From Bdellovibrionales bacterium (GTDB lineage: Bacteria > Bdellovibrionota > Bdellovibrionia > Bdellovibrionales > CAYMLA01), in NCBI GenBank assembly GCA_965217115.1, contig OZ244239.1, forward strand, positions 480,001-544,000: a DNA stretch of 64,000 bases, given 5' to 3'. The notes under the pieces are model-generated. The model saw only the letters and a program-made list of their open reading frames with translations. It was not told where the DNA came from and made no database searches. Numbering within the stretch: position 1 is the stretch's first letter; each line of letters begins with the position of its first letter. The translations under genes were made by a program, and so were the position numbers. Below, one piece after another: positions 31,036 to 41,880 of the stretch.

Positions 31036-32029
31036 GACCCTTTTCATAGAAAAACACCTCTACTCCCATCCCATAACACAGAATATCCTCAAACAATTTC
31101 CACAGGCACAAATTAAGCAATTAGACAATCTCCAAGAGGTGTTCGGAAAGGTCAGAAAACCTTATCTACAGAAACGCACAAATCTTAATCTCTTCCTCGG
31201 AACTAAGAGAGGAAGACTCATTAAAGAAGCCCCACCTGCTTACGGACTTGATGGCGAACCCCATTATTATTACATCCATGCTTACAATTGTATTTATGAG
31301 TGCCAATACTGTTATTTGCAAGGGTACTTTAAATCCCCTGATCTCGTTTTTTTCTTAAACCACGAAGACATCATAAAGGAAATGGAAAAGGTCACTCTCT
31401 CCCACTCTTCAGAAAAAAGAATCTGGTTTCATGCTGGAGAATTCAGTGATTCCCTTGCTCTAAGCCATCTCACACAAGAGCTTCCTTTATACTGGGATTT
31501 TTTTAGTCGATATCCTCAAGCCTGTCTTGAACTAAGAACAAAATCAGTAAATATTAAAGAAATCCTTAAACTCCCTGTTAGAAAAAACATCATCACTAGT
31601 TTTTCCCTCTCTCCTGATATGCAAACTCGAAAATTTGACCTCAAAACACCCTCACTCAAGCAACGGCTTAAAGCCATCTCTAAACTCTCAGACTCTGGAT
31701 ATCCCATAGGAATTCATCTTGATCCTGTTATTTACCAAGAAGATTTTGAATTGAACTACCAAGAGTTATTGCAGTTGCTTAAGGAGGTTCTCCCTAATAA
31801 CTCATTGTCGTATATTTCGATTGGGGTTGTTCGTTTCACAAAAGAAGTTTATTCTGATATGCAAAAAAACTATCCTGATTCTTCTATTTTGGCATCAGAA
31901 CTGACAAAAAGTTTTGATGGGAAAATTAGGTACAATCGCCCGATGCGTCTCTGGATACTTAAAAAAATTCAAAAAATGCTTCACGATCATGGTTATGACA
32001 AAGAAAAAACCTACCTCTGTATGGAGTAA
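31013..32029 (+). CDS. Spore photoproduct lyase-like radical SAM protein
   Basis: NCIYECQYCYLQG (CxxxCxxC), GEFSDSLAL, ELRTKS and C-terminal YLCME. Confidence 0.8.
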   Translation: MREIILFKTLFIEKHLYSHPITQNILKQFPQAQIKQLDNLQEVFGKVRKPYLQKRTNLNLFLGTKRGRLIKEAPPAYGLDGEPHYYYIHAYNCIYECQYCYLQGYFKSPDLVFFLNHEDIIKEMEKVTLSHSSEKRIWFHAGEFSDSLALSHLTQELPLYWDFFSRYPQACLELRTKSVNIKEILKLPVRKNIITSFSLSPDMQTRKFDLKTPSLKQRLKAISKLSDSGYPIGIHLDPVIYQEDFELNYQELLQLLKEVLPNNSLSYISIGVVRFTKEVYSDMQKNYPDSSILASELTKSFDGKIRYNRPMRLWILKKIQKMLHDHGYDKEKTYLCME

Positions 32030-32065
32030 CTCCACATATCCTCATACTTGAACTTTACTATGAAA

Positions 32066-32740
32066 TCAAAAAAGACATCCATCCTTCATCTCCAATACCT
32101 TTGGAAAATTAAAAGCAAATTGTCGATCGTGAGTCACCACAACAAGAGCCAGGTTTAGAGATTCATGCAATTGAAAAAATAAATCTTGAATATTCACGCG
32201 AGTTTCAGAATCTAAATTACCCGTCGGCTCATCGGCAAAAAGAATCTCTGGCTTCATCACTAACGCCCTCGCAACAGCCACTCTCTGTTGTTCCCCCCCA
32301 CTCAACTCACTGGGAAAATGTTTAACTCTGTCTCTTAAACCCAAATCACAGAGAAGCTTTTCTGATCTCTCATTGGCCTCTTTCCTAGAGACGCCTCCCA
32401 CTAAACAGGGCATTGCCACATTTTCTATGGCTGTAAACTCATTTAAAAGATGATGAGACTGAAAAACAAATCCCATGGAAGTGTTCCTAAATCGAGATGT
32501 TTCAATATCCGTTTTCTGAGCAAGATCCTCACCCTTAAACAAAAGCCTCCCGTTATCAGGACGATCTAAAGTTCCCAAAATATGAAGCAGCGTACTCTTA
32601 CCCGAACCAGAAGAGCCCATGATGGAAATAGCCTCACCACTTTTTAACTCAAGATCAATACCCTTTAGAATTTCAAGCCTTCCCTCGCGATAACTCTTCG
32701 TCAAATTCTCAGCTTTTAATAAAATCGATTTCTCACTCAT
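32066..32740 (-). CDS. lolD: Lipoprotein-releasing ABC transporter ATPase
   Basis: GSSGSGKST, GFVFQSHHLL, LSGGEQQRVA, ADEPTGNLD. Adjacent to a LolC/E gene. Confidence 0.85.
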   Translation of the reverse strand: MSEKSILLKAENLTKSYREGRLEILKGIDLELKSGEAISIMGSSGSGKSTLLHILGTLDRPDNGRLLFKGEDLAQKTDIETSRFRNTSMGFVFQSHHLLNEFTAIENVAMPCLVGGVSRKEANERSEKLLCDLGLRDRVKHFPSELSGGEQQRVAVARALVMKPEILFADEPTGNLDSETRVNIQDLFFQLHESLNLALVVVTHDRQFAFNFPKVLEMKDGCLF

Positions 32741-33977
32741 ATCGTAATCCTTCCACTGGTTTTAATCGCGAACCACGATAGGCAGGGGCCAAAGTCGCTA
32801 TGAAACAAACAAGCGTGGTTGCACTAAAAATTAATACTAAGTCTAGAGTTTTCATTATCGGAGAAAACTCACTTAAACGATACACATCCTGAGGTAAAAA
32901 GCCCGTGCGACTAACAAATACTTCAAAAATAAAACAAAACAGCACACCCAAGACAATTCCACACAGCGAACCAAAAACTCCAATAATAATTCCTTGCCAA
33001 CGAAATACGCTTAACACACGGTCTGCACTTAAGCCCATTGATTTCATAATCGCAACTTCTGAGTATTTTTTTATAACACGAATATACAAGCTACTGGCCA
33101 TGTTCAAAGCTGCCGCCAAGATCATAATAAATACCACTATGAATATAACTGCTTTCTCCAAAACGATCGCTTCAAACAAATTATGTTCCACCGCCTGCCA
33201 ACGCCTTGTCCAATAAGGATGATCTAATTTTTTATTCAAATTCTTCGATACTCTCTCGGCCATGCTCGAAGAAGTCAGCTTTGTGTACAACCCCGTATAA
33301 TCACGTCCCACTTTCACGCGCACTAATTTTTGCACAGACTTTAGAGGAGCCATTATATAACGACTATCATAGTCGTATTTACCTAAACTTAAAACACCCA
33401 CCAAACGAAACCTACCGAGTCTTCTTTTTAATTCGCCCGAACCTAATTGACTTGCAATGGGGAAGACTACGCGAAACGACTCGCCCACTTTGAGTCCCAT
33501 ACTCTTTACTAATTGCTTTCCCAAAAGTGCTGGAATTAAATCACCGCCTGAGTGATCTTGAGATAAATCAAACTCCCCCTCAACTAAACGATTCTCCAAA
33601 TTCAACACACGTCCAACTGAGTTTTCCTCAATCCCTTGAACGGCAACACCCGATATCTTTCCCTTATGGGCTAATAATCCTTCTACAAATAAAAAAGGAC
33701 TGCCCTCTAACACATCAGAGTCTGCCTTTTTTACTTTTTGCAATAATTCAGGCCATGGTAACATCTGACGGGAGCGGGAGAGAACCAAGACATCCCCTGT
33801 CACATCCACAATAGATTTCTGCAAAGCCACCGAAAACCCCGAAACAACAGCCATGGCAATCACCAAGCATGCAACTCCCAAAATCAAACCAATCAAAGAT
33901 ATCCCATTGGATAAATCAAAACTGTTCCTATCACGATAAAGCGACTTCCAAGCCAACCACAGGGGCAATCGATCCAC
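32733..33977 (-). CDS. lolC: Lipoprotein-releasing ABC transporter permease LolC/E
   Basis: MacB/FtsX-type topology. LGVACLVIAMAVVSGF and C-terminal PVEGLRYE. Confidence 0.8.
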   Translation of the reverse strand: MDRLPLWLAWKSLYRDRNSFDLSNGISLIGLILGVACLVIAMAVVSGFSVALQKSIVDVTGDVLVLSRSRQMLPWPELLQKVKKADSDVLEGSPFLFVEGLLAHKGKISGVAVQGIEENSVGRVLNLENRLVEGEFDLSQDHSGGDLIPALLGKQLVKSMGLKVGESFRVVFPIASQLGSGELKRRLGRFRLVGVLSLGKYDYDSRYIMAPLKSVQKLVRVKVGRDYTGLYTKLTSSSMAERVSKNLNKKLDHPYWTRRWQAVEHNLFEAIVLEKAVIFIVVFIMILAAALNMASSLYIRVIKKYSEVAIMKSMGLSADRVLSVFRWQGIIIGVFGSLCGIVLGVLFCFIFEVFVSRTGFLPQDVYRLSEFSPIMKTLDLVLIFSATTLVCFIATLAPAYRGSRLKPVEGLRYE

Positions 33978-35123
33978 TACTCCCCCCCCCCTTTTTCTCC
34001 CTGCTCACTCAGAGCTGTCATCTTTAAAAACTCTGTCATAAACTCCTGTAGCTCTCCGTCCAAAACTCCATCGACTCCCGATGTTTCATAACTCGTTCTA
34101 TGGTCCTTCACCATCTTATAGGGGTGCATCACATAGGACCGTATCTGACTCCCCCACTCATTGGCCTTTTTCTGGGAGTTTGCCTCGTCTTTTTCCTTAT
34201 TTCTTCTCTCTATCTCTTTTTCATAAAGGGCTGCTTTCAACATTTTCATCGTGCGCTCACGGTTCTGTATCTGGCTTCTTTCACTCTGACATTGAACCAC
34301 AATTCCTGTTGGAAGATGGGTCATCCTCACCGCTGAATCCGTTCGATTCACATGCTGCCCACCAGCTCCACTCGCCCTATAAGTGTCTACACGCAAATCT
34401 TCTGCTTTAATCTCCTCCACCTCGACAGAATCATCCACCTCTGCCCAAGCAAACACCGAAGCAAAGCTCGTGTGTCTACGAGCGTTGGAATCAAACGGAC
34501 TAATACGCACCAAGCGATGAACGCCTATCTCTGCCTTTAAATATCCATAGGCGTAAGCCCCTTGAATCCTCAAGGTCACAGATTTAATACCCGCTTCATC
34601 TCCATCTGTTCTCTCTAAAACTTCCACCCCAAATCCCTGGCCTTCGGCGTAACGCACATACATACGCATAAGCATGGATGCCCAGTCACAGGATTCTGTC
34701 CCACCAGCCCCTGAGTTGATCGACAAATAAGTGCTCTGACTGTCTAATTCACCATTTAAAATTCTTTTTAACTCTAAAGATTCATAGAGACTTTCTAAAA
34801 CTTTGACTTCAGATTTTAATTCTAAAAAACTACTCTCGTCTTTTTCTTCAACGCTCATTCCTAAGAGAACCTGTCCGTCTTCAATACGTGAGTGAAACCT
34901 CTCCCATTCTTGAATAGATTTCTCTAAAAAACTTCGCTCCTGATTGAGCTGCTGCATTTTGTCTGAGTCATTCCACACGGCTGGATTCTCCGCAGCCATG
35001 TTCACTTCCTGTAAACGCTTAATCTTTGTCTCTAGGTCAAAGATACCCCCGTAAAGCCTCGCAACTCTGACGCAATTGCGATAACTTCGATTTTACCTCT
35101 GCCGTTTCTGTATCAATCGACAA
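33977..35123 (-). CDS. prfB: Peptide chain release factor 2 with programmed +1 frameshift
   Basis: TTG start at 35123 gives 28 codons to CTT-TGA-C (35042-35036), preceded by an SD-like GGGGG. The +1 frame joins ORF 33977..35005, which has SPF and GGQ motifs. Confidence 0.95.
35036..35050 (-). promoter_or_regulatory. prfB autoregulatory frameshift site GGGGGTATCTTTGAC
   Basis: Canonical RF2 slippery CTT TGA C with an internal Shine-Dalgarno. Confidence 0.93.
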
Positions 35124-35204
35124 TGCCTTACCCTCTGTCTCTTTTGAAAATTTAACTGCTTTTAGTCTATACGGATTGTTGCCCACGCTCAAGGCTAAAC
35201 CTTT

Positions 35205-36866
35205 TCAGGTTATCTCTTCTCTTGTCCAAACAGTATTAACTCCCCGCTCTTTAGCAATATCCATGGCATCTTCATACCCTGCATCCACATGGCGAAAAAT
35301 TCCCATAGCAGGATCAGCCGTTAAGACTCGCTGTAAACGTTCACTCGCCTTCTGCGTACCATCCGCCAGCGTCACCTGCCCAGAATGTAAACTATAACCC
35401 ATTCCCACTCCACCACCATGATGAAAACTCACCCAAGTCGCGCCGCAAGCCGTGTTCGCCATCAAATTCAACAGAGGCCAATCGGCCACCGCATCAGAAC
35501 CATCCTTCATCCCTTCCGTTTCACGGTTAGGAGAAGCCACGCTGCCACAATCCAAATGATCACGACCAATCACAATCGGGGCCTTCAGCTTTCCCTCTGC
35601 CACCAACTCATTAAAACGCAAACCTGCCTTCGCCCGCTCGCCATACTCCAACCAACAGATACGCGCTGGCAACCCCTGAAAAGATATTCTCTCCTGAGCC
35701 ATGTCCAACCAACTCAAAAGATTTTTCTTATGGGGGAAAAGTTCCCTCAACGCCTCATCAGTCACCCTAATATCCTCGGCATCCCCCGAGAGAGCCACCC
35801 AACGAAACGGACCACTGCCTCGACAAAAGAGAGGGCGAATGTACTCAGGAACAAAACCCTTAATATCAAAAGCATTCTTCAGACCCGCTTCTACAGCACG
35901 GGCGCGAATGTTATTACCATAATCAAAAGTCACCGCGCCTTTTTTCTGCAACGCTAACATTCCCTCCACATGACGACCCATGCTGGCTATAGATTTTTTT
36001 AAATACTCCTCAGAGTTATTCTCTCGCAATCGATCTGCTTCCTCTAAACTCAGACCCTCAGGAATATAACCCACCAAAGGATCGTGGGCCGAAGTTTGAT
36101 CGGTTAAAATATCCGGAACAAAACCCTTGGCAATCAACTGATGAATCACCTCCGCCATGTTTCCCTGCAAAGCGATGGATTTAGCTAGTTTCCGTTCTTT
36201 GTATTTTTCCACTCTGGCTAAAGCATCATCTAAATGATCAGCCACCTCATCAACATAAGAAGTTTCTAAGCGTTTCTTGATTCTTTCAGGGTCCACTTCA
36301 ACCGCCAAAACAACAGCTCCTGTAAAGACTCCCGCCAAGGGCTGCGCCCCTCCCATACCACCAAGCCCAGCCGTTAAAATCACTCGGCCACGCAAGTCAT
36401 CATTAAAATAACGACGTCCCACTTCAACAAATGTTTCATAGGTTCCCTGAATAATTCCCTGACTACCAATGTAAATCCAGGACCCTGCCGTCATTTGCCC
36501 ATACATCATCAGACCCTTTTTATCCAACTCATCAAATTGCTGCCAGGTCGCCCAATTAGGAACCAAGTTAGAATTGGCAATCATCACCCGTGGCGTGTCC
36601 TCTGTCGTCTTAATTACACCCACCGGTTTTCCCGACTGCACCAATAAAGTTTCGTCATTTTCAAGAGTCTTTAATGTTTCAAGAATTTTATCAAAGCAAG
36701 GCCAATTACGGGCCGCCTTACCCTTGCCGCCATACACAATCAAATCCTCTGGCACTTCCGCCACTTCAGGATCTAAATTATTCTGAATCATACGATAAGC
36801 AGCTTCTTGCTGCCAGCCTTTACAGTTTAATTTATCACCCCTAGGGGCTTTTACCACTCTCACCAT
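35205..36866 (-). CDS. hutU: Urocanate hydratase
   Basis: [41 protein letters not shown]. Confidence 0.97.
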   Translation of the reverse strand: MVRVVKAPRGDKLNCKGWQQEAAYRMIQNNLDPEVAEVPEDLIVYGGKGKAARNWPCFDKILETLKTLENDETLLVQSGKPVGVIKTTEDTPRVMIANSNLVPNWATWQQFDELDKKGLMMYGQMTAGSWIYIGSQGIIQGTYETFVEVGRRYFNDDLRGRVILTAGLGGMGGAQPLAGVFTGAVVLAVEVDPERIKKRLETSYVDEVADHLDDALARVEKYKERKLAKSIALQGNMAEVIHQLIAKGFVPDILTDQTSAHDPLVGYIPEGLSLEEADRLRENNSEEYLKKSIASMGRHVEGMLALQKKGAVTFDYGNNIRARAVEAGLKNAFDIKGFVPEYIRPLFCRGSGPFRWVALSGDAEDIRVTDEALRELFPHKKNLLSWLDMAQERISFQGLPARICWLEYGERAKAGLRFNELVAEGKLKAPIVIGRDHLDCGSVASPNRETEGMKDGSDAVADWPLLNLMANTACGATWVSFHHGGGVGMGYSLHSGQVTLADGTQKASERLQRVLTADPAMGIFRHVDAGYEDAMDIAKERGVNTVWTREEIT

Positions 36867-36868
36867 AT

Positions 36869-38407
36869 CTATAATTCCAATTTTCCAATTGATTTCTGTA
36901 ACGCCTCTAATAAACTATCGGAACGAATTAATTTTTTTATTTTCTCGATGTCATTAGAAAAAACACGATCCTCCTCTGCAAAAGAAACTTCAGAACGAAT
37001 AACATTATAACACGCCTTAACACCCGCTGAAGGTTCTAACGGTTTCAGAAAGTCCAATGCCTGTGCAGCACAAAGTAATTCCATGGCCACAATATTCTCT
37101 GCATTTTTTACTATCTGCCCTAACTTTCTGGCAGCAATCGTCCCCATACTCACATGATCCTCTTTATCTGCCGAAGTCGGGATGCTATCCACCGAAGCTG
37201 GGTGGGATAAAATTTTATTCTCACTCACCAGAGAAGCTGCAGCCACTTGCACAATCATCATACCGCTATTAATACCACCCTTGGGTGTCAAAAATGCTGG
37301 TAATTCACTCATATGGGTATTAACAAGTTTCTCTATCCGACACTCAGAAATACTCGACATCGCACTCATCGACACTCCCAAGAAATCCAAAGCAAAGGCC
37401 ACAGGTTCCCCATGGAAATTACCACAGGACAACACCTTATCCTGATCTGCAAAGACCAAGGGGTTATCCGTACTCGATGCCCCTTCAATTTCCAATGTCT
37501 CAATCCCACTGCGGATGACATCCTTACACGCCCCATGAACAGCCGGCATGCAACGCAAAGAATAAGCATCTTGCACCCTGCCACAATTATCATGACTCTT
37601 AGAAATATCAGAAGATATTCCCAAAATTTTAAGCAAGTTTCTCGCGGTCTTTGCCTCCCCTGGATGGGGACGTGTCGATGCTATCAAGGGATCAAAGGCC
37701 GTCCTCGACCCTCGTAAAGCTTCCAAAGTCATCGCTCCTGACAAGTCAACCATCCACGCAAGCCTTCGAGCTTCATAGACACTCAACATTCCAATGGCCG
37801 TCATCACCTGACAGCCATTAATAAGCGATAGTCCCTCTTTAAGTTGAAGCTCCAATGGCTCCACCCCCGCTTCTTCTAAAATTTTCTGTGTTTCTGTGGG
37901 TCGATTATTATTTTCTCCCCAAACCTCTCCCTCTCCCATCAAACTCAACGCCAAGTGAGCCAAAGGAGCCAAATCACCACTGGCCCCAACACTCCCCTGC
38001 TGGGGAATCACTGGAATAATATCCTTATCTAAAAACTCTAAAATTTTATCCACCACTTCAGGACGAATGCCACTATGCCCTGTCGCCAAAGCATTGGCTC
38101 TTAAAATCATAATTGCCCTTGAAGCACTTTTAGAAAATTTAGGCCCGACACCACAACAATGGGAACGGATTAGGTTTTTTTGTAACTGAATCGTCTCTTC
38201 AGAGGAGATACTCACACTGCTAAAGGCACCAAACCCTGTATTAACACCATAAATAATATCGCCCCTACTCACTCGGCCCATGATATAATCACGGGACTCC
38301 TGCATTTTCTCGCGCGCTTCTTCAGATAAACTTAACTCAAGGTTATTACTATAAGCCCATTTCCATAGCTCATCAACACTGATCCTTTCACCCGATATCA
38401 TTGTCAT
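36869..38407 (-). CDS. hutH: Histidine ammonia-lyase
   Basis: [20 protein letters not shown] (MIO motif), [15 protein letters not shown]. Confidence 0.96.
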   Translation of the reverse strand: MTMISGERISVDELWKWAYSNNLELSLSEEAREKMQESRDYIMGRVSRGDIIYGVNTGFGAFSSVSISSEETIQLQKNLIRSHCCGVGPKFSKSASRAIMILRANALATGHSGIRPEVVDKILEFLDKDIIPVIPQQGSVGASGDLAPLAHLALSLMGEGEVWGENNNRPTETQKILEEAGVEPLELQLKEGLSLINGCQVMTAIGMLSVYEARRLAWMVDLSGAMTLEALRGSRTAFDPLIASTRPHPGEAKTARNLLKILGISSDISKSHDNCGRVQDAYSLRCMPAVHGACKDVIRSGIETLEIEGASSTDNPLVFADQDKVLSCGNFHGEPVAFALDFLGVSMSAMSSISECRIEKLVNTHMSELPAFLTPKGGINSGMMIVQVAAASLVSENKILSHPASVDSIPTSADKEDHVSMGTIAARKLGQIVKNAENIVAMELLCAAQALDFLKPLEPSAGVKACYNVIRSEVSFAEEDRVFSNDIEKIKKLIRSDSLLEALQKSIGKLEL

Positions 38408-38413
38408 ATTTAA

Positions 38414-39067
38414 TCATCTCCTCTTCAATGCCCCTATACGTTCTTTATAATCTCCCTTAAAAACAAAACTTCCCGCAACAAGGACATCCGCCGAACCACA
38501 CTTGCTCTTGGTCTCAGCAGTGACCCCACCATCAACTTCAATCAAATAATCAGCACTATTATCTTCACGCCATTGGTGTAAAAAATCTATCTTGCTCACT
38601 TGATCCTCCATAAAAAACTGCCCACCAAAACCCGGCTCCACCGTCATTACTAAAGCTAAATCCACCATAGATAAATAAGGAATAACCTCATTCACATCTG
38701 TCCCTGGACGTAAAGTGATTCCAGGCTTAACCCCCTGGCGACGAATCTCTTCAAGCACATTTTTAGGTTCTTTTGTCGACTCCACGTGAATCGTTAAATA
38801 ATCTGCACCTGCTTTAACGAAATCTTCGATATAACGCTCAGGCTCTTCAATCATTAGGTGAACATCCAACACCATAGATGTCATCGGTCTCAGAGACTTC
38901 ACCACAGGCGCTCCAATAGTTAAATTAGGAACAAAGTGCCCATCCATCACATCCACATGGACCCAATCCGCCCCCGCCTCTTCAATACTCAAAATCTCTT
39001 TACCCAAACAGGAAAAATCAGCTGATAAGATACTCGGTGCTACTAAAAATGAATTTTTAACCACCAA
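38414..39067 (-). CDS. rpe: Ribulose-phosphate 3-epimerase
   Basis: APSILSADF, HVDVMDGHFVPN, EVDGG. Confidence 0.96.
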   Translation of the reverse strand: MVVKNSFLVAPSILSADFSCLGKEILSIEEAGADWVHVDVMDGHFVPNLTIGAPVVKSLRPMTSMVLDVHLMIEEPERYIEDFVKAGADYLTIHVESTKEPKNVLEEIRRQGVKPGITLRPGTDVNEVIPYLSMVDLALVMTVEPGFGGQFFMEDQVSKIDFLHQWREDNSADYLIEVDGGVTAETKSKCGSADVLVAGSFVFKGDYKERIGALKRR

Positions 39068-40016
39068 AACAATCCCCTTGCTTAATTCTATGACCTTTTA
39101 AAAAATCACTCACGCTTTGTCGACGTCGAGACTCTGGCTGAACCTCTAACACTTCCAACACTCCACCACCCGTGGCAATCAAGAAGCTCTCTGCTGTCAC
39201 AGCCACCACTTCTCCCGACAAGACATCACTCTCAAGTTTTGCTTCCTGAACTTTTGCTTTTACAATTTTTATTTTCTTTCCATCAAAAGTAGAGCGCACT
39301 CCTGGACCCATCACAAAGGCACGCATTTTGTTAAATATCTGATGTGCCGATAAACTCCAATCAATAATAGATTCTTCTTTCTGAATTTTTTTAGCATAGG
39401 TTGCCAAATTGTGATCTTGGGGATCACCTGCCAAATCTCCTTCCAAGTAATCCATGTACTCCGTACACAAGAGTTCACAACCCAGCTTAGCTAAGTCCTC
39501 ATACAACGACATGGAATCCATCTCATCAGTGATCTCTATCTTCCGAACTCCAAGAACATCTCCTGCATCTAATTCTTTAACAAGCATCTGCAAAGCCACA
39601 CCTGTCTCTCTATCTCCTGCCTCAATTGACCTCTGAATAGGAGCCGCCCCCCGCCACCTAGGCAATAAACTGCCATGAATATTCACCACACCTTGAGGGA
39701 ACATATCCAAAAAACTCTGACTCAGTATCTGACCATAGGCTACCACCACTGCTGACTCTGCTCCCAAAGTACGAATTACATCCATCACCTCAGTGGAGGA
39801 CACCTTCTCTGGTGTCATAACTTGAATCCCATTTTTTTCAGCCAATGTTTTCACTGCACTGGCTTGAATCTTCATATTACGACCTGCTGGTCTATCTGGT
39901 TGAGACACAACAGCTACAATATTGTAACGATCATCTTTAATAAGTGATTCCAAGCATGTGGCCGCAAACTGGGGTGTTCCCAAAAAAACCATGCGCACGC
40001 GCACACGATCATTCAC
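39057..40016 (-). CDS. fmt: Methionyl-tRNA formyltransferase
   Basis: FLGTPQFA, NIHGSLLPRWRGAAPIQ. Downstream of def. Confidence 0.95.
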   Translation of the reverse strand: MNDRVRVRMVFLGTPQFAATCLESLIKDDRYNIVAVVSQPDRPAGRNMKIQASAVKTLAEKNGIQVMTPEKVSSTEVMDVIRTLGAESAVVVAYGQILSQSFLDMFPQGVVNIHGSLLPRWRGAAPIQRSIEAGDRETGVALQMLVKELDAGDVLGVRKIEITDEMDSMSLYEDLAKLGCELLCTEYMDYLEGDLAGDPQDHNLATYAKKIQKEESIIDWSLSAHQIFNKMRAFVMGPGVRSTFDGKKIKIVKAKVQEAKLESDVLSGEVVAVTAESFLIATGGGVLEVLEVQPESRRRQSVSDFLKGHRIKQGDCFGG

Positions 40017-40627
40017 TCTTCTGCATCTCGAACATCGATTTTCTCTTCCTCTTCCTCTTCCTCTTCTTCAGGATCAGGATAACCGTGTTTTTTTATCAAT
40101 CGTTTAATTTTATCTCCTTTGATCAAACTCAAACGATCAATGAACAACTTTCCATCTAAATGATCAATCTCATGTTGCGCACAAATAGACATTAAACCAT
40201 CTAATTCTAATTCTAATTCTTTACCATCATGATCTAATCCACGGAGTTTAATCCAATCAAATCTCTCCACGGTTTCAAAATAAGAAGGCAGACTCAAGCA
40301 ACCTTCTCGATAAATCGTTTTTCCTTCTCTCTCAATAATCTCAGGATTAAAAACAATAACCGGTCCACCTATTTTTTTCTCAAGCTCAGTCGCTCCCTCC
40401 GTGTCATAGCGCTCTTTATCCTCATCATCTCTAGGACGTGTATCCATAACAAACAAACGCACTAACTGATCTACTTGAGCCGCCGCTAAGCCAATGCCAT
40501 TAAAATCATACATGGTCTCTAACATATCATTGGCTAATTCTTTCAACTCAGCCGTGACCCGATCAACCTTTTGCGATTTACGTCGTAAACGAGAATCCGG
40601 GTATCTCAATATTTCCAACAAAGCCAC
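40013..40627 (-). CDS. def: Peptide deformylase
   Basis: GIGLAA, EGCLS, QHEIDHL. Confidence 0.96.
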   Translation of the reverse strand: MALLEILRYPDSRLRRKSQKVDRVTAELKELANDMLETMYDFNGIGLAAAQVDQLVRLFVMDTRPRDDEDKERYDTEGATELEKKIGGPVIVFNPEIIEREGKTIYREGCLSLPSYFETVERFDWIKLRGLDHDGKELELELDGLMSICAQHEIDHLDGKLFIDRLSLIKGDKIKRLIKKHGYPDPEEEEEEEEEKIDVRDAEE

Positions 40628-40730
40628 AATATCCCTCCCTTTTTTTTGTAACTTTAAGGACTAAGACAGTCGGAGGATTAGTACCTGAATCGGCATAAAC
40701 AATGGAGTAAAAAGAAAATAACCTTGCGCG

Positions 40731-41810
40731 TTATTTTTTAAGCCTCAGAAATAAAAACAACCCTAAGGCACTCATACCTACATTGGGAAGCCAAGCGGCC
40801 AAAACAGGCTCCATTTCTCCATGCCGCCCCAGTGCCAGAGAGGAGCTGTAACAACTCCAATAGATGAAGGCCAAACCAATGCTCACCCCCAAGCCACGCA
40901 TACCTCCACCAGATCTTTGATGATTCACACAAAAGGGCAAACCTAAAAAACTCATTACCAGAGCCGCGAAAGCGAAACTAAACTTAGCCTGATAATCCAT
41001 CTCATAAAGAACCGTATTCAACCCCGCTTCTTTATTCTTTTTAATAAATTTCCTAATCTCTTCCAGACCCAAGGTATTCAATGGCTGAGCGTTGCCCTGG
41101 AGATCATTTATCACGACATCCATCACAATATCTTTTTCAACAAAATCTTGAGTCAGGGGAAAACTTGAACCTCCAGTAAAAAGAGTCACTGTCCCATGCC
41201 GTAAGTGCCAATTCGCCTCATTCATATCCACTTCTTTAGCGGTAATCATCTTTAAGAGTTTCCAATTAGGGCCAAAAGAATATAACGTCAAGCCTTGAGC
41301 CGCTCTCAGCTTCTCACCCAGAGCTCTTACATAAAATAAGTTATTCTTTGAGCGATACCAAATTTTGTTCTTTCTAACCGTGGCATATTGTTCAGGAGTC
41401 TTCTTCATCTCCATGTAAAACACATAGTCTTTCTTTTTATTCAAGGTCGGTAAAATCAAATCGTCGGCAACGAAAGCCAACATAGAAAAAATAGCCACCA
41501 AACCTAAAATAGGTGCGCTCACTCGAATCAAACTTGTTCCAAAACTAAAGAGGGCTATAAGCTCATTATTTTTATTCATGTAACTCAGGGTAAAGATCGT
41601 TGCGCTCATCGCTGCCACCGGAAACATTTGATACATGACCGAAGGGGACATATAAACATAAAAACGAAAGAGCACGTCAAAGGACACATCATAACTAAAT
41701 GCCTTTGATAGGGAGTCCACGGCAATAACGAGAGTTAACAGGGCCAATAGAGTTGCAAAAAAATACCCTATAAATAATCTACAAATATGACGATCCATCA
41801 ACGTAAACAT
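40731..41810 (-). CDS. lptG: LPS export ABC transporter permease (LptF/LptG family)
   Basis: YjgP/YjgQ architecture. NELIAL..G.S..R and C-terminal LAAWLPN. Confidence 0.75.
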   Translation of the reverse strand: MFTLMDRHICRLFIGYFFATLLALLTLVIAVDSLSKAFSYDVSFDVLFRFYVYMSPSVMYQMFPVAAMSATIFTLSYMNKNNELIALFSFGTSLIRVSAPILGLVAIFSMLAFVADDLILPTLNKKKDYVFYMEMKKTPEQYATVRKNKIWYRSKNNLFYVRALGEKLRAAQGLTLYSFGPNWKLLKMITAKEVDMNEANWHLRHGTVTLFTGGSSFPLTQDFVEKDIVMDVVINDLQGNAQPLNTLGLEEIRKFIKKNKEAGLNTVLYEMDYQAKFSFAFAALVMSFLGLPFCVNHQRSGGGMRGLGVSIGLAFIYWSCYSSSLALGRHGEMEPVLAAWLPNVGMSALGLFLFLRLKK

Positions 41811-41880
41811 ATCTATAAGTTACAGTAAAAACTCATAAATCCTAATTGACTCAACCTAATAATCAGCGTTAACTGGACCC

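Noticed and set aside
35036..35050. prfB internal stop as a pseudogene or novelty
   Set aside because: It is the well-known programmed +1 frameshift.
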